The notes under the pieces were generated by a model. It had not been told where the DNA came from. It did no database searches and worked only from the letters and a program-made list of their open reading frames with translations. From contig NC_134025.1 of the NCBI RefSeq assembly GCF_964204645.1, positions 6,944,001-7,008,000 of the forward strand: a stretch of 64,000 nt of DNA. The letters run 5' to 3'. The stretch is from Tubulanus polymorphus (lineage: Eukaryota; Animalia; Nemertea). Shown in pieces: positions 61,328-64,000 of the stretch; the stretch's first letter is position 1; each line of letters begins with the position of its first letter. Both the position numbers and the translations under genes were made by a program.

Positions 61328-62539
61328 GATTGCGATAACTACTAAATAAGTACAAATATGTACTATATATGAATAGATATATACGTATATATGTGGTCAC
61401 AGATGCGTGCATGAATTATACATCGCTGATTTGAATACGATACTGAAAATTACTTGAATTCAAACGAAAGCTCTTGGCACTTACCAGCCTTTGCAACGAC
61501 TCGACGGTGTGTGGCTCAGCGAGTAACTGGCACGGCAATTTGATAAGCGATTTAGGCAATTCGAATGGCCTTGACATTTTTATAGACTGGCACTACCCTG
61601 GAAGATCCGCGCATATGGCGTGCACGCTTAGGCACATAATATAATTTATAGATATGCCTCATAAAAGTACGGTATGCTGATAGTTCATGACTCGTAAATC
61701 TTTTTTTTTGAATACTCGTAATTTACTGAGGGTTAATTTACTAAAGTGCTGCCTTCAGCAATATATATTATCCGTAAAAATGAGGTCATATCAGAAAGGT
61801 AATACAGTATAATTTGACTCATCATTTCAAATACTAGATATTAAATATTCTAGAGTGATACACTAAAATTGGCTTTATGTCACGCTACATGGCCCTTTTC
61901 GAAGAACTTAACTTAAAGTTCAAACTTGATACCGTGTTCTCGTCACACTGTCTATATATTTCATAAGTGACGAGAAAGGCAGGTGTTTATTTTTACTAGC
62001 TTTTTAAAGAACCTCGAAATAAAACATTTATTAGAGATGGGTTGAAGAAGCCGAGCATGAGGGAGTCAGCTTTCTGAGAAGATTTCGTGCACCTTACACG
62101 AGGGGGACAAATTTTACTTTTGGAACGAATGTCGAAATCACTGCATGCCAATACACTCTGGTAGTTTTGAACCCCGATCTTCACAAATCTCTATCACCTG
62201 ATTCATTGCCGACATAGCACGACATTTTCACGAAAAAAGCACGAAAAATGATCAAACGAAGACAGATTTATTGCAGTGTTTTATTCTTCTCATAAAAGCT
62301 AACATAAATCATAACACTAGACCATTGAAGTGTAAACTACGGCTATGTATTAGACTAGAGCGCTCATTTCATTTTTACCCGATTTTTCCGACGTGCGCGG
62401 TGTATTCATGGTTCCTTCGCTTTCAGGGGTACCGTGAACCGGATCCATAAAATTCATTTCATTTCATATATTTTTTACAGACTGCCTTTCACGTTCACAG
62501 TATGTTTTATAAGTTCACGAATTTTTTACGATTTTTTTT

Positions 62540-63187
62540 CTATCCAAGAGATAATTTCTTGATAGCCGTGGTTATTGGTTCGTCTGGTGCGAACGTCGTT
62601 GATTGGCCAGTCGTTTTTCTTTCGACGACGTCTCTTATTGAACTGTGTTTCAATTGCGCGATGCTACGAGCCCTTCGCCCGGCACCAGTGCCGTTCGATT
62701 CCATAGAAAAAGATCTTCTACGCCTCGATAGCTGGTCTTCCTGCTTCGACTCTAGTTTCCTCCCGAGAACTGACGCGTGCAGAGGTGGTAGAACCAGCGT
62801 TTCCGAATGCCTACGAGGTGCTAACTCAAACGGTGACGAATCAATGGAGTTTTCTTTCGTTTGGCAAAGCGAATCATCTACTAGTTCTTCGTTAGTCTGT
62901 GAAGACTTACGATGCCGGAAACCTTTTGCGCGATGCTTACTGCCAGCACCACTGCTGCTACCGGCATTTCTTGACGTAGTCGCTTTTTCTGAGTTTGAAT
63001 TCTCACTTATCCTCGATACATTCCTTACCTCATTTTCAGCAATTGTTTTTCGAAGTTTAAGGTGTTCTTCCTCGATTTGCGCTTTTTTATACTTGTACAC
63101 AAAATCCAAACGTTGAATAGTGTTGGCTAGTTTGTTTTCACCTATTTTCCTTGATGCGTACAATCGGTTGCTGGCTCTTTCGTCCAT
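62540..63187 (-). CDS. Uncharacterised 215-aa protein (N-terminal coiled coil, basic/Ser-rich tail)
   Basis: Open frame beginning just after a polypyrimidine/AG acceptor (~63205), with several AATAAA signals downstream (~62270-62285). The N-terminal helix is loosely reminiscent of CCDC190-type proteins but not confidently assigned. Confidence 0.6.
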   Translation of the reverse strand: MDERASNRLYASRKIGENKLANTIQRLDFVYKYKKAQIEEEHLKLRKTIAENEVRNVSRISENSNSEKATTSRNAGSSSGAGSKHRAKGFRHRKSSQTNEELVDDSLCQTKENSIDSSPFELAPRRHSETLVLPPLHASVLGRKLESKQEDQLSRRRRSFSMESNGTGAGRRARSIAQLKHSSIRDVVERKTTGQSTTFAPDEPITTAIKKLSLG

Positions 63188-63402
63188 CGCTGATTCTCGA
63201 GTAATCTAAAATCATTAAACCAATTATCAATTGGTGCCCAGTTTTTGTAGACTAAAGTATCGAAGTTACACAGACGAATTTCAGACCGAGCCTTGCAGTG
63301 TATCGGAAGTGTCCCCGATACAATAATCCCATCGCAAGTATTTACCCGATTTGTGTGCGTTTGGCCTTGAGAAACAAAGAGATTGGTGATATTGTTAATT
63401 AG

Positions 63403-63429
63403 TGTTGTTGTTGTTGTTGTTGTTGTTGT
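63403..63429. repeat. (GTT)n microsatellite
   Basis: About nine GTT units. Confidence 0.9.
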
Positions 63430-64000
63430 CGTAGCTATTTCCAGAAAAATCAATTTTCATTTAAGCCAATGTTCGTATGTAACAGTAGATCTATTATGTT
63501 TGCCATATGTTCCATCGGGTTCAAGGCTTTGTACAATTTTAGATACGTTTACGCACACGTTATCACATAAATTCATACACAACTAAGCAAGATAAAAATC
63601 GTATGATGGAATGAATGGTCTCAAACGTTATGTGCCAATATTTTAAGGGATACCTTATTACTCTCATTATTATGAATAAATATCTAAAAATATCGGAGTT
63701 TAAAGTATGTAATCATCGACAAATTCGCATCCCTGGAATCTTACCTATGAAGCCACGACACCCTGCATGTTTCTATTTTCAACTTCTGTATGTTGAGTCT
63801 GAGCAATATGTTGTAACGATACCTACCAGTTCAATCGAGGTAAATGGCATTAATCGCCTGGACCACCGCAGTTTGTCTTTGTGTAGGGGAGGTGAGCTAT
63901 CGTCTGCTGGCATGCAAGAAATATAAAATTGCCGATCGAACCATTACCATAAATCTATGCCGTGCAATTCCAGAACGTCAAATCAACACATCTTGTATAA

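Overview
This is AT-rich, gene-dense, intron-containing eukaryotic DNA with short GT-AG introns (many 55-100 nt). Gene content points to an invertebrate animal, probably marine; the taxon is inferred, not proven. Most ORFs in the supplied track are exon fragments or microsatellite artefacts, so I rebuilt gene models by hand from splice sites and reading phase. In order, the window holds: the 3' end of an unidentified gene (+); a 12-Cys Ly6/three-finger (LYPD6-like) gene (+); a PRDM (zinc knuckle-PR/SET-5xC2H2) gene (-); a DTHD1-like ZU5/UPA protein with two death domains (-); a FAM89/LURAP-like adaptor (+); an intronless orphan with SILK and RVxF PP1-docking motifs (+); a jelly belly/HEN-1-like LDLa secreted ligand (-); GOPC (-) head-to-head with a bestrophin (+); a DUF229-like protein (+); a bacterial-type trimethylamine/flavin monooxygenase with five coding introns (-); and a small orphan ORF (-). 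There are also several MITEs, (TA)n tracts and a (CT)n/(CCCT)n tract. I found no rRNA, tRNA, CRISPR array or autonomous transposase. The most notable items are the Jeb/HEN-1-like ligand, the intron-bearing bacterial-type FMO, the candidate PP1 regulator and a Transib-like MITE. All family assignments come from recalled motifs, not database searches.
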